Part shown: positions 49,965 through 59,714 of the stretch, piece by piece
Layout: every line of letters begins with the position of its first letter
Numbering within the stretch: the first letter of the stretch is position 1
Assembly: GCA_964444835.1 (NCBI GenBank)
Contig: CAYUIT010000016.1
Coordinates: forward strand, 481-64,480
Direction of reading: 5' to 3'
Length of the DNA stretch: 64,000 bases
From: an uncultured Steroidobacteraceae bacterium
Lineage (GTDB): Bacteria > Pseudomonadota > Gammaproteobacteria > Steroidobacterales > Steroidobacteraceae
Made by a program: the position numbers and the translations under genes
The notes under the pieces: model-generated
The model's database searches: none
Told to the model about the DNA's origin: nothing
The model's input: only the letters and a program-made list of their open reading frames with translations

Positions 49965-52697
49965 TCAACGCACGGGCCGCGCGTGCGCTGCGCCGCGATA
50001 CACGGCATTCAACAACAGCAAGTTGAGGCCGTCGTTGAAGCTGCGCAGCGTCGGGTCTGCCGTGAAGCCGATGATCATCCCGCGACCCTTCGGCTCGACG
50101 AGCACGAACGGCTTGTACGCGAGTTGTTGTCGGTTCTCATCCCACAGATAGCCGCTTGCTAACAACTCGCTTGCGGGAGCGAATCGCGCCACGTTGAATC
50201 CAGCATCGAGCTTGACAGGCGTATAGATGTCCTGACCTTGGTACATCACGTGTACGCGTGCCGCGACGCCGGCGGCGAGCCAATGAGCGCTATCCACCTC
50301 GGCGCGCACGAGCACCCCTGCGACGGAATCCGGCGCAGCCCGCTTGGGCTGGATGGATTGCTTCGCCGCCTCCGCATCACGAATCAAAGTGCCTGCTACT
50401 GTCGCGCGCTCCGCTTTCGCATCTGCGTCCCCGGCTTTGTCGGTACCCGGCTTCTTGTCTTTGCTTGCACCATCATCGGCCGGTGCGGCATCTTCACGTC
50501 GCACCGACAAGAGCTCGATGTCGGGCGACGCGAGAAAACGCATCGCGCGACCGAGTCCGATCAACACACCCCCACGCTTGACCCAGGCAGCGAGATTGTC
50601 CGCCTCCTTCTCGCCCCAGCGTGACTCGAAATCGCCATCGGGCAGGATCAACACTTCGAAATCGTTCAACTCCGCGCGCCCGAGCGCAGCAGAGCGAATG
50701 ACGGTCACCGGCTGCCCGAATTGCTGTTCGAGCAGAAACCGAGCCGCGCCCGCGGCCGTCGCATCGGTCGGGCTGTCCCACGCGAGCGCTATACGCGGCG
50801 CCGGCATCTCGACCACCTTGGCCGAGCCAAAGCTGGGACCCGCAGTGACCCAACTATCGTTCACGCCCGTCACGCGCGCGCCGGTCTGCTCTGCGAGCTT
50901 GGCGAGCCGGGCCCCCAAGTTCGGCGCGTTGTCCGCGACCGAGATGATCAACGTGCCCGCGGGATAACTCACACCGCCGTGCACAAACGCTTCGTCGCTC
51001 GAGCGCACCCGGATGCCCGCTCGTCGCGCCGCCACTAACAACCGTGCGGAGGCGGTATCGCCCCACGGGACCAGAAAGGCGACCAAAGCATCGGCGCTGC
51101 GCAACTCGCCGGGCACGAAGCTCCCAGGCTGGACAGCATCGCTGGCGACTTTCGGCATGGCCGAACAGCGCTCGATCTTGACGTTGTACAACAGTGGCAG
51201 CGACCACGCAGTCACGTCGTAGATCTCGTCCGGTAGATCGCGGGCACGACGGCGCTCTTGCTCCGCCACGAACTGCGGATCGAGCGGTACTTGCTCATCG
51301 AGTAGCACGCGCACCATGCGCCCTGCCGGTTGCGCACTATCAATCAAGTACGAGCCCGCACCAAAGGTCTTGCCGCAGGCCGTGAAGCTCGTGCGGGCGC
51401 GCCCGATCTCAACACCCTGTTGCGCAATCAAGCTCGCGAACTTGTTAGCCGTACCTTGATCGAGCTGCGTCGGAATGACGAGTAAGCGTTGCGAAGACTT
51501 CCGCCCCACTTCGATGGCCGATGACCGATAGTCGTAGAAATCGCGCAGAAACTTGGCGCGATTCTGCGCGACCACTTCGATTGTCGACAGTGACGCGATC
51601 GCTTGCGATTCTGCGGTGCTCGCAAACGTAAAGCGTGTCCCGTCCTGCCGCTGCGCGGCAAGGCCGCGGGCCGAACCTTGCTCGTAGGTCATGGCGACGG
51701 CGCCATGGTGTGCCGGCCAGCCGTCGCCGTAGCCTGGGTAAAAGAGGTCGTACACTTCCCGCGTAAAGTACGGACGGCCAAATTGATCGAACCAGCGCGC
51801 GTTGTTACGCCCAATCAGTTCGCGATTGGCATTCTGCGTGGTCGTGAGCCAGGGATTCGTCGGCGGCCCGGCAGGCGCGAAAAAATACGTCGCGTTCGTG
51901 CTCATCTCATGCACGTCCGCGAGTACGACGGGAAACCACTCGAGGATTGCGCGCGTGTGCGCCCGGCTTTCAGGCTGTGTTTGTGCGAACCAATCGCGAT
52001 TCAAGTCGAAAAGATAGTGATTGAAACGCCCTGGCGGCCAAGGTTCATTGCGCTCGGCTGCCAGCGGATGCGGATCGACGGCGAGGCCGGTTGCGCCCCG
52101 ATTCGCATGAATGAATCGATCGCGCCCATCGGGATTCTGGATAGGATTGAGAATCACGACTGTGTTCGCGAGCATCGTCGCGACGCGCGGATCCCCTTGC
52201 GCCGCCAATAAGTGATACAGCGTCTGCAAGGCACCGTCGGTCGTTCCGGGCTCGTTACCGTGTACGGAGTACGCCAACCACACGACGGCAGGCAGCGAGT
52301 CGATCCAACGGCCGGCCGCCGCAGCAGACGTCTTGCGCGGATCCGCAAGCGCCGCCATGCCTTGTTTGATCTCTTCAAGGCGTGCGATGTTGTTAGGAGC
52401 ACTGACGATCGCATAAGTGAGTTCGCGGCCCTGCCAGCTCTGCCCGTAGTCGACCAAGCGCACGCGGTCCGGCGCGGCCGCCGCGATGGCCTGCAGGTAC
52501 CGCCGTACGTCGGCGTGGGTCGTCATCCGTTCGCCCAACTGGAAGCCCAAAACGGACTGTGTGGTAGGCACCGCCGCGTCGTATGTCACATTGGGCCATG
52601 CGGCCACGGGTTCGCCGGTGGGCAAGCCAGCCGCGAACGGATTCGACGACGCCAAGCACAGCAAAGCAGCCAAAGCCACGGACGGGGCGTATTTCAC
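49965..52697 (-). CDS. Secreted M14-family zinc carboxypeptidase, large form
   Basis: GTG start at 52697 preceded by GGGAG. Signal peptide VKYAPSVALAALLCLASSNPFAAG. It has the zinc motif YSVHGNEPG (HxxE). Confidence 0.8.
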   Translation of the reverse strand: MKYAPSVALAALLCLASSNPFAAGLPTGEPVAAWPNVTYDAAVPTTQSVLGFQLGERMTTHADVRRYLQAIAAAAPDRVRLVDYGQSWQGRELTYAIVSAPNNIARLEEIKQGMAALADPRKTSAAAAGRWIDSLPAVVWLAYSVHGNEPGTTDGALQTLYHLLAAQGDPRVATMLANTVVILNPIQNPDGRDRFIHANRGATGLAVDPHPLAAERNEPWPPGRFNHYLFDLNRDWFAQTQPESRAHTRAILEWFPVVLADVHEMSTNATYFFAPAGPPTNPWLTTTQNANRELIGRNNARWFDQFGRPYFTREVYDLFYPGYGDGWPAHHGAVAMTYEQGSARGLAAQRQDGTRFTFASTAESQAIASLSTIEVVAQNRAKFLRDFYDYRSSAIEVGRKSSQRLLVIPTQLDQGTANKFASLIAQQGVEIGRARTSFTACGKTFGAGSYLIDSAQPAGRMVRVLLDEQVPLDPQFVAEQERRRARDLPDEIYDVTAWSLPLLYNVKIERCSAMPKVASDAVQPGSFVPGELRSADALVAFLVPWGDTASARLLVAARRAGIRVRSSDEAFVHGGVSYPAGTLIISVADNAPNLGARLAKLAEQTGARVTGVNDSWVTAGPSFGSAKVVEMPAPRIALAWDSPTDATAAGAARFLLEQQFGQPVTVIRSAALGRAELNDFEVLILPDGDFESRWGEKEADNLAAWVKRGGVLIGLGRAMRFLASPDIELLSVRREDAAPADDGASKDKKPGTDKAGDADAKAERATVAGTLIRDAEAAKQSIQPKRAAPDSVAGVLVRAEVDSAHWLAAGVAARVHVMYQGQDIYTPVKLDAGFNVARFAPASELLASGYLWDENRQQLAYKPFVLVEPKGRGMIIGFTADPTLRSFNDGLNLLLLNAVYRGAAHARPVR

Positions 52698-52866
52698 GCG
52701 AACTCCCTTGCAAACCCACCAGGTGAAGCAACGAGTATAGCCGTCGACTGAGGCCACGCGATCGCACCGTGGTAACAGAAGGCGCCTGACCTGGGCTCTT
52801 TCCACGCGCTCATAGTTTCAATCGGATCGGGAGGCGCTATAGTGTGTATAGGGGTTCAAGTTCGTC

Positions 52867-53763
52867 ATGACTGCGCGCGATTTCCAAAAGTATTATCAAG
52901 CGCCGCTGCCTGCGCTGCTGGCGTTCATCACCGTTTTCGCGTGGCAAGCCATCGGGCACTTCTTGATGCACCAGATGGAGTACGCGTGGTTTCACGATCA
53001 CGTGTTCTTAGCCGCGTTCGTGATCGGCGCCGTCGGCGTGTGGGCCATTTGGTACGGCCGCGATAAATCTGAGAATGCAGCGACGCTACTGGGTTTCGTG
53101 GGTGGCAATCTGATTTGGTTGTCGTGGATCGAATTCAGCTTTGTCTACGTGGCCGAAGACCTCGGCGTACAGTCGGTCTTGTGGGGCGCCAAAGATACGA
53201 AGGCCGAGTATCGCGTGATGTTGTCGTCGATCGGCGTACTGTTCGCGACGTTGGTGTTTTTCTTCTTCAATCGCGACACGCGTTGCAATGCGTTCATGTG
53301 GCTGCATCGTAAACTGCGTCTCGACCCCGGTGAAAAGACCACCGCACAACACCGCAATGTCTGCTCGATCGTCGCGATGGAGACCATCTACGTCACGTGG
53401 TTCTTCTACATCGTGCTGTTGACGCTGTACAACCCGGCATTCTTCGGCACCGATCACTGGGTCACGTTTGCGGCCTGCGGGTTCTTCTTCGTCTGGGCGA
53501 TCTATTTGCTGCAGCGCTTATGGTGGTTCCAGCGGATGGCGCCGGCCCTGCGCTACGCCATTCCCACGGGCATCATTCTGTGGAACGTGGTCGAGATCTT
53601 GGAGAAGTGGGGCCACATCGACGAGATCTGGGTACAACCGCAGAAGTACGCGTTCGAAATTAGCGTGACAGTCGCGGCGTTCGTACTAACGATCATTTTG
53701 GCAGTTGTTAGCCCTGCGCGCCGAATCGTGCGGCAGCAAAGCGCCGAGGGCTCGGCGCGTTGA
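52867..53763 (+). CDS. Hypothetical integral membrane protein
   Basis: 298 aa with several hydrophobic segments rich in Trp/Phe/Tyr. I recognise no family. Its stop overlaps the next gene's start. Confidence 0.55.
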   Translation: MTARDFQKYYQAPLPALLAFITVFAWQAIGHFLMHQMEYAWFHDHVFLAAFVIGAVGVWAIWYGRDKSENAATLLGFVGGNLIWLSWIEFSFVYVAEDLGVQSVLWGAKDTKAEYRVMLSSIGVLFATLVFFFFNRDTRCNAFMWLHRKLRLDPGEKTTAQHRNVCSIVAMETIYVTWFFYIVLLTLYNPAFFGTDHWVTFAACGFFFVWAIYLLQRLWWFQRMAPALRYAIPTGIILWNVVEILEKWGHIDEIWVQPQKYAFEISVTVAAFVLTIILAVVSPARRIVRQQSAEGSAR

Positions 53764-54302
53764 ATACGCCAGGTGCACTGCCCTCGAAACACGAGTTGCT
53801 GCAACAGGCCTGGGTCGTCGACGACTTAGAGGCCGCCGCGCAGCGCTTTTCGCGCACGCTCGGCATCGGGCCATTCTTCGTTGCCGAGTATCGACCCGAG
53901 TTCTTCGAGGGCGTGGAATACCGCGGTCGCCCGGGCAGCTTGCAGATGCGCACCGCGATCGCGTACGCGGGCGCTGTCCAAATCGAACTGATCCAGCCGA
54001 CGGGCGATGGGCCTTCGTGTTACCGCGACACCGTGCCCGCGGGCCACGAGGGATTCCATCACATATGCTTCTGGACGCACGATCTCGAGCGTGACATCGC
54101 CGACTACGTTGCACGGGGCTGCAGTATTGCCGTGCGTGGCCGCGTCAAGAAAGGCCCGGGATTCGCGTATCTCGATGCCGTGTCGAGCGTTGGCTACATG
54201 ATCGAGCTGCTCGAGTACTCAGCGGGCATTGCACAAGTCTTCGACCGCTGGCGCGCGACTTGCGCCGAGTGGTCGGGCGGCGAGCTCTTCGTCCGCCGCT
54301 AG
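53760..54302 (+). CDS. VOC (glyoxalase/bleomycin-resistance/dioxygenase) family protein
   Basis: 180 aa. QQAWVVDDLEAAAQRF...GIGPFF and IELIQP....Y......GHEGFHHICFW..DL follow the VOC beta-alpha-beta pattern. Confidence 0.7.
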   Translation: MNTPGALPSKHELLQQAWVVDDLEAAAQRFSRTLGIGPFFVAEYRPEFFEGVEYRGRPGSLQMRTAIAYAGAVQIELIQPTGDGPSCYRDTVPAGHEGFHHICFWTHDLERDIADYVARGCSIAVRGRVKKGPGFAYLDAVSSVGYMIELLEYSAGIAQVFDRWRATCAEWSGGELFVRR

Positions 54303-54627
54303 TGTCGCGGCCGCATGATCGCGTGGGTCGCGATCGCGAGAATCGCGGCCAGCGTGGCAATGCCATCACGAGCGTGACGCAAAAGCTCGCGACCGACCGC
54401 ATGCCGCGCCATTGTCGAGCTGCAAGATCAACAGAAGTGGAATCAGCACGATATTGACGGCGAGAAACATTGGCACTCACAGCGATAAGCCAGTCCGTGC
54501 CGTACTCGACTCGTCTGACGGGTGACGCATTGTGCGAGTGGTTCGACATGCGAGAGTCGCAAACTCGGTAACGTCACCGTCTCTATACTCGCTGACCGTT
54601 GTCTTGGCGCTTTGGATGAGGCCTCTT

Positions 54628-55755
54628 ATGAGCACACGTCACCGCTTGGCCGTTGCTACCTTGAGCCTGCTGACCCTGATGGCGATATCGAATACGCAGG
54701 CACAGGCGGCTGCCGATTCCCCGACTGCGGCACAGCTCGCCGAGCGCATGCTTACCGCGCTTGGCGGCCGCGACGCCTGGGCGCGCCTCACCAATCTCGT
54801 CAACGATTCCGAGCAGCACCGAGCCACCGAGCCGACCGTCGTGCGGGCCGTCATTACGCTCGACCTGACACGACCCCGATTTCGCATCGAAACGACCGCA
54901 CCCGACTTGCATGTCATTCGCGTCATCGATGCCGAGCGCGATTGGCGCTTGAGTCGCACAGGGTCGATCGAAGCCGTGCCGGCCGACACGCGTGCAGGTG
55001 ACGTGCAGTGGTATGCCGGTCACGTGTATCGCACCATTCACCGCATTGCGCGACGCGACCCTGCCCTGCGCCTCGAGACAGACGCGTCTCAACGCCTGCT
55101 CGTGTACGAAGGCGCGACCCGAATCGCTTGGTACAAGCTCGATGCGCGCTATGAGCCGTATGCCTTTGGCGCACACCAAGATGAAGTCGGCTCGTTAGCG
55201 GGCCGCTGGCTCATGCAGTCCGTCGGGATAAAGCATCCAGCTTGGACTTCGTCAGCCGATGGCACGTGGCGCGCTCAACTCGTCTCGCTCGCTGTGAACG
55301 TGCCGCTCGGCGATGAACTCTTTGCGCGGCCGTCGCGGGTGGTGTCGTTCGAGCAGCTCGCCGGTGACTGGCGCGGCGAAGGCGAGTTTCGCGGCAAGGC
55401 CACCGCGATTGCGCTTGCGGTGCGCCCGGTACTGGGGTCGCAGTTTCATGAGCTACAGCTTGCGCTCAGTCCCACCCCCCAAGCGGAGCCAATCTTTTCA
55501 GGGTTCGCGCTCTATCAACGGGCACTCGACGGTCTTCAGGCACAATGGTTCGATTCGAGCGGCAACCAGTACGCTGTTCGTGGCCGTATCGACGGCGTCT
55601 GTCTGCATGCGCAATGGACGACTGCAAATCGAGCCAGCGCTCGTTCCAGCTATTGCGTCGATGACAACGGCAAGCTCGTGGTCACCGACGCGATCGCCAC
55701 CACCCGTGACGAGTGGCGCACTTTCGGTCGCTACACACTCCAGCGAACGCCTTAG
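54628..55755 (+). CDS. Hypothetical secreted protein with a C-terminal DUF1579-like (lipocalin-like) region
   Basis: Signal peptide MSTRHRLAVATLSLLTLMAISNTQAQA. The C-terminal LAGDWRGEGEF..., ...QAQWFDSSGN pattern resembles the neighbouring protein at 56771..57331. Confidence 0.55.
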   Translation: MSTRHRLAVATLSLLTLMAISNTQAQAAADSPTAAQLAERMLTALGGRDAWARLTNLVNDSEQHRATEPTVVRAVITLDLTRPRFRIETTAPDLHVIRVIDAERDWRLSRTGSIEAVPADTRAGDVQWYAGHVYRTIHRIARRDPALRLETDASQRLLVYEGATRIAWYKLDARYEPYAFGAHQDEVGSLAGRWLMQSVGIKHPAWTSSADGTWRAQLVSLAVNVPLGDELFARPSRVVSFEQLAGDWRGEGEFRGKATAIALAVRPVLGSQFHELQLALSPTPQAEPIFSGFALYQRALDGLQAQWFDSSGNQYAVRGRIDGVCLHAQWTTANRASARSSYCVDDNGKLVVTDAIATTRDEWRTFGRYTLQRTP

Positions 55756-56669
55756 TGGCTGTCTCGCCCGAGCGTTCGCCAAGCGCGCGGTGTGGTGCCA
55801 GCCACGGCGCGCATCGCACGAAACAGCGCCGATCGGGTCCCGAGACCGACGTGGTCCGCGACTTCATCGACCGAGCGAGCAGATTGCCGCAATAGTCGCT
55901 GCGCCACGGCGACGCGCTTGCGTCGCAAGTATTCTTGCGGCGTACACGCAAAGGCCTCGCGAAACATGCGCGAAAAATGGAACCGGGACATCGCGGCGGC
56001 TGCAGCCGCCTCTGCCACTCGAACATCGCGCCGGTAGTTAGACAGCAAGAAATCGGCACCGAGGTGTAGCCGCCGCAAAATCTCTCGTCTCGTCGCGGCT
56101 CGCAGCTGCGCGAACGCTGATGCGGCCGCCAGTGCTTTCGAATGCGTAAGCCACACGCGCTCAGCAAGCAGCGTGAATTGATCCTCGAGCCACTCGTCGC
56201 CGCTGGCCCCTTGCAACACTCCCCAGCGAATGAATCGAAGCACGGGTGCGACCGTGGTATCGAGCAAGCGCAGGTGCTCACTGAGCTCGACCGCCGCAGC
56301 CGCATGCGGTAGCGGCTCGAGTATTGCCCCCTCGCGCAACGGCAGTGCAGCGCCGACCTCAGCCATGAGTCCCGGCCGAAAGAAAACGCAGAACGACTCG
56401 ATCGGCACTCGCGCTGCAATCGAGCTCCCATAAATGCGTCCCTCGTTGAGTACGAGGTAGCTGTCATCGTCGACAGCGACTCGGCGCCGCTCGACGAAGT
56501 ACTCCTCGGAGCCGCCCGAGGCCATTTTGATGGAGAACGCTTGTTGGTAGCGCGAGTACTCCGCGCGCTTCGCCTGCGCAAGAATCACACAGTTGCGAGT
56601 ACCCCACCAACGATAAAACTCACGCGCGTAGTTGGGATCGGAGACACGCGGCATTTCGCGCAGGATCAT
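55752..56669 (-). CDS. AraC-family transcriptional regulator
   Basis: The C-terminal HTH pair is AAAAAMSRFHFSRMFREAFACTPQEYLRRKRVAVAQRLL...SVDEVADHVGLGTRSALFRAMRAVAGTTP. Confidence 0.8.
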   Translation of the reverse strand: MILREMPRVSDPNYAREFYRWWGTRNCVILAQAKRAEYSRYQQAFSIKMASGGSEEYFVERRRVAVDDDSYLVLNEGRIYGSSIAARVPIESFCVFFRPGLMAEVGAALPLREGAILEPLPHAAAAVELSEHLRLLDTTVAPVLRFIRWGVLQGASGDEWLEDQFTLLAERVWLTHSKALAAASAFAQLRAATRREILRRLHLGADFLLSNYRRDVRVAEAAAAAAMSRFHFSRMFREAFACTPQEYLRRKRVAVAQRLLRQSARSVDEVADHVGLGTRSALFRAMRAVAGTTPRAWRTLGRDSH

Positions 56670-56770
56670 CGGGCACCTCCGTCGAGCCACCACTCGCGCG
56701 GCGCATCACAGCCGCGCTCGACGCGCAAAGTTTGCAACAACTTACGGTCGCGAGCGTACGACTATTGCGT

Positions 56771-57331
56771 ATGCGAGTCCTGTTCGTCCCTATTCTGAGC
56801 TTGCTCTGGAGCACACCGCTTGCCGCTGCTTGCTCCGATATCGTCCATCGCGCGTTCGATTTCTGGGCAGGCGAGTGGCTCGTCCGCTCAGGTGCCAAGA
56901 TCGTGGGCGAAAACACCGTGACGGCCGTCGCCGAGGGCTGCGCGCTTCGCGAGGAGTGGCGCGGCCGTGACGGCTCGACGGGCACTAGCCTCACGTTCTA
57001 CGACACGGCACGCACACAGTGGCATCAGACCTGGATCGGTGGCGATGGCGGCGCGCTCTATTTGGATGGTGTGTTTCGCGACGCAACTTTGCAACTCGAG
57101 GGCACTCGCATACTCCGCGATGGGCGACGCGCTACCGAGCGCATCGAATGGACTCCGCTGCAGGACGGCAAGGTTCGGCAGCGCTGGGATCGCCGTATCG
57201 AGGGTGAGTCCGAGTGGCAAGTCGTCTTCGACGGCATCTACGAACGGGTGTCGCGCGCCCACAAGCTATCGAGCGACCAGCGGCCTCCGCCAAACACCGC
57301 GATCGTCACCAACATGAGCCCCCAAAAGTAG
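56771..57331 (+). CDS. Small secreted protein, DUF1579-like
   Basis: Starts MRVLFVPILSLLWSTPLAAA, a signal peptide. The pattern FDFWAGEWLV....G..T......GCALREEW.G..G..G.SLTFYD.....WHQTWI follows. The 3' tail overlaps the DoxX gene convergently. Confidence 0.6.
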   Translation: MRVLFVPILSLLWSTPLAAACSDIVHRAFDFWAGEWLVRSGAKIVGENTVTAVAEGCALREEWRGRDGSTGTSLTFYDTARTQWHQTWIGGDGGALYLDGVFRDATLQLEGTRILRDGRRATERIEWTPLQDGKVRQRWDRRIEGESEWQVVFDGIYERVSRAHKLSSDQRPPPNTAIVTNMSPQK

Positions 57332-57702
57332 TGTTGGCCAAGTGCGGCCTCAAAGCCCTCGGTCAGCAGCACGTGCGCGTACGACACCACCGCAAGTACG
57401 TTGACGGCTAACAACCCGAGTGCGGCATAGCGCGTGCAAAGGCCCATCACCAACAGCGCGGGAAACACCAGCTCACCCGCGGTGCCTGCCACAGCCGCCA
57501 ATGCAGGCGACAGGACCGGCACACGATACTCCTCTTCGAACAGCCACACGGTGCCCGGCCAATCGCTGAACTTCAGCCAACCCGACTTCAAGAACTGCCA
57601 CGATACATACACTCGCAAGCCCAACAGCAAAAGCGATTGCAGCGGTTGCGTGAGAGTGGCGGCGACGGCGTTCACGCGCGGCACGAAAGCAAGTACAGAC
57701 AT
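57238..57702 (-). CDS. bufD: DoxX-family membrane protein, last gene of the bufferin-type operon
   Basis: From the ATG at 57702: MSVLAFVPRV...LLLLGLRVYVSWQFLKSGWLKF...FPALLVMGLCTRYAALGLLAVN. This is a typical DoxX protein. Confidence 0.8.
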   Translation of the reverse strand: MSVLAFVPRVNAVAATLTQPLQSLLLLGLRVYVSWQFLKSGWLKFSDWPGTVWLFEEEYRVPVLSPALAAVAGTAGELVFPALLVMGLCTRYAALGLLAVNVLAVVSYAHVLLTEGFEAALGQHYFWGLMLVTIAVFGGGRWSLDSLWARDTRS

Positions 57703-57767
57703 GGCGGCTCCGGTCGTAAAGAGTGTGTGGTGAGGCTCGGAACGAGCACCACAGACGACCGGCGTTA

Positions 57768-58529
57768 TCAGCCAATTATTGCAGCAACGCAGCCATCGCC
57801 AAACAGACGCGCGAGCGCTTGCTGCAGCGCTTCGATCGCTAGCGCAGACTGTTCGAGCGCTTCCTCGAGAGACTGTCCGTCGTGCAAGGCGCGCACGAAT
57901 CGGCATTCCTCAGCGCTGACGCGCCGCAGCTCCACGTCATCGCTCGCAGCGCGATGCACGACCACGCACTCGCCTCCCAGCGCCAGGTCGATCGGTACAC
58001 TGGACGCTTGATCGCGATTCGCACGCCACACTGCGAGCACCGGCACGCTCGCTTCAATCACCGCGAGCGATGGAATGAGTTGCAATCGCACGGCACCGAG
58101 ACTATCGGGTGCGACGTTGCGGAGCGCGTCCACGCCGATCCGCTCGCTTTCGGGCGCCACCGCAGCAGCCGCCACAGCCCACTCGAGCTGCGCAAGCTCG
58201 GTGAGCCAGGCGTACGGCGTGTCGGCCAAATGTTGTGCGAGAAAGCGCGGGAAATGCGCACCGACCCAATGTAAGTCGCCGCGCGCTGAAGGATGCGCGT
58301 CGCGGTACTGCGCACTGAGTTGCTTGAAGTAATCGGTGCCGACCCGACGCTCGATCACAGGATACGTGCTACGCAACGCCGCATCGAAGAAGCTGCGCGA
58401 GTTGTGTCGGTACACGGCCAAGCGAGCCGCTGCGGGTATCGCCGCGTCGACGACAAAGCTCGTCGGTGCATCGGCCGCCGTAAGCAAATGCGCCGCAAAC
58501 GCGGACTGGATCTCACGCAGCGTCGGCAT
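57768..58529 (-). CDS. bufC: DUF2063 protein (partner of the DUF692 enzyme)
   Basis: 253 aa starting MPTLREIQSAFAAHLL. Its start overlaps the stop of the upstream DUF692 gene by 17 nt. Confidence 0.8.
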   Translation of the reverse strand: MPTLREIQSAFAAHLLTAADAPTSFVVDAAIPAAARLAVYRHNSRSFFDAALRSTYPVIERRVGTDYFKQLSAQYRDAHPSARGDLHWVGAHFPRFLAQHLADTPYAWLTELAQLEWAVAAAAVAPESERIGVDALRNVAPDSLGAVRLQLIPSLAVIEASVPVLAVWRANRDQASSVPIDLALGGECVVVHRAASDDVELRRVSAEECRFVRALHDGQSLEEALEQSALAIEALQQALARLFGDGCVAAIIG

Positions 58530-59373
58530 GAGTCCTCGCCAGAAACTGATCTGCCGTGCGCGCCTCAGCGAGGAGCACTTCGAGCGCAGGCAACTCCGTA
58601 TCCCACTCGATCAGTGTGGGACGCGGCCCGACGCGGACGAGCGCGTACTGAAACAATTCCCATACCGGCGATGCCACTGTCGACCCGTGATCGTCGATCA
58701 GCAGCGTGTGCTCACCTACCACTTTGCGCGTATGGCCGGCGAGGTGGTATTGACTCACCGCGTGCGCCGGGAGTGCGTCGAGCACGGCGCGCGGATCGCT
58801 CCCGAGATTGTGCGCATTGACGAATAAGTTATTGATATCTACTAACAACTCACACTGCGCTTCCTGCACGATCGCAGCGAGGTACTCGCCCTCGGTCAAG
58901 CTCGAGTGTGCGAATGCCACATACTGCGAGACGTTCTCGAGCAACAGGCGGCGCCCGAGTGCGTCTTGCACTTGGCGAATGCGGCTCGCCAGATGGTGGA
59001 CGGCCTCTTCGGTGTACGGCAACGGCAGCAGATCGTTGAAATGCGCGCCGTCGATCGCGCCCCAACAGGCATGCTCGGACACGAGCGCTGGCTCGAAGCG
59101 CCGCACGGCCGCCACCACCTGCGCGAGGTGATTTGCGTCGAGCGCATCGACGCCCCCCAGCGCCAAACCCACGCCGTGCAAGCTGATGGGATAGCGTTCG
59201 CGGAGTCGATCAAGCTCGCGCGGTGCATAGCCGCCCGCGTGAAAATAGTTCTCGGTGTGAACTTCGAGAAACGCAATGTCCGGTCGCGACTCCGCGAACT
59301 GCACAGCATGTGCTGCGCGGTAACCGATCCCGGCTCGCGCGGGAATCGTGCGGTTGCCAACGAATCCGGACAT
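58513..59373 (-). CDS. bufB: DUF692 / MNIO (multinuclear non-heme iron oxidative) enzyme
   Basis: 286 aa. GIGYR..H, FLEVHTENYF, ISLHGVGLALGG, VSEHACW, NDLLPLPYTEEAV, LLLENVSQYV, LLVDINNLFVNAHN, HLAGH, IDDHGS.V and PTLIEWDTELP are the canonical DUF692 blocks. Confidence 0.9.
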   Translation of the reverse strand: MSGFVGNRTIPARAGIGYRAAHAVQFAESRPDIAFLEVHTENYFHAGGYAPRELDRLRERYPISLHGVGLALGGVDALDANHLAQVVAAVRRFEPALVSEHACWGAIDGAHFNDLLPLPYTEEAVHHLASRIRQVQDALGRRLLLENVSQYVAFAHSSLTEGEYLAAIVQEAQCELLVDINNLFVNAHNLGSDPRAVLDALPAHAVSQYHLAGHTRKVVGEHTLLIDDHGSTVASPVWELFQYALVRVGPRPTLIEWDTELPALEVLLAEARTADQFLARTHADAA

Positions 59374-59388
59374 TGCGCCGCGAGCGTC

Positions 59389-59646
59389 CTACATCTTTGC
59401 GTCGGGCTTCGTCTTGCCGCCCATCTTTTCGCACTCGCCCGCAGGTACCTTCTTCCACTCCTTCGGATCATTGTCCGTCTTCGCTTGGCCCGCACAGGAA
59501 TGGCCGTTCGCTGCGCAATCGTTTTGGCCGGCTTTGGCAATGCCGTAGCACTTTTCCATCGCCTTGTCGGCACTGAAGCTCGTATCGGCGCCCAGCGCAA
59601 AGAGGCTGCCGACGACGGCGGCAATAGCTAGAGTTTTGCTGTTCAT
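59389..59646 (-). CDS. bufA: DUF2282 secreted Cys-containing peptide, a bufferin-type RiPP precursor
   Basis: 85 aa from the ATG at 59646. Signal peptide [26 protein letters not shown]. The core [24 protein letters not shown]...[11 protein letters not shown] carries the four conserved Cys of DUF2282. It lies immediately upstream of the DUF692 gene. Confidence 0.85.
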   Translation of the reverse strand: MNSKTLAIAAVVGSLFALGADTSFSADKAMEKCYGIAKAGQNDCAANGHSCAGQAKTDNDPKEWKKVPAGECEKMGGKTKPDAKM

Positions 59647-59714
59647 GAGGATTCGCTCCAAGGGTAAAACGTCAGAATGGATCGCAGCGCGGCGCCGATC
59701 TCGGACCGCGGTGT

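Noticed and set aside
54299-54470. Two short minus-strand ORFs (MFLAVNIVLIPLLLILQLDN... from 54470 and MARHAVGRELLRHARDGIATLAAILAIATHAIMRPRH from 54412) that might be a frameshifted small membrane protein
   Set aside because: They are too short, I recognise no family and the start signals are not convincing. I cannot support them from sequence alone.
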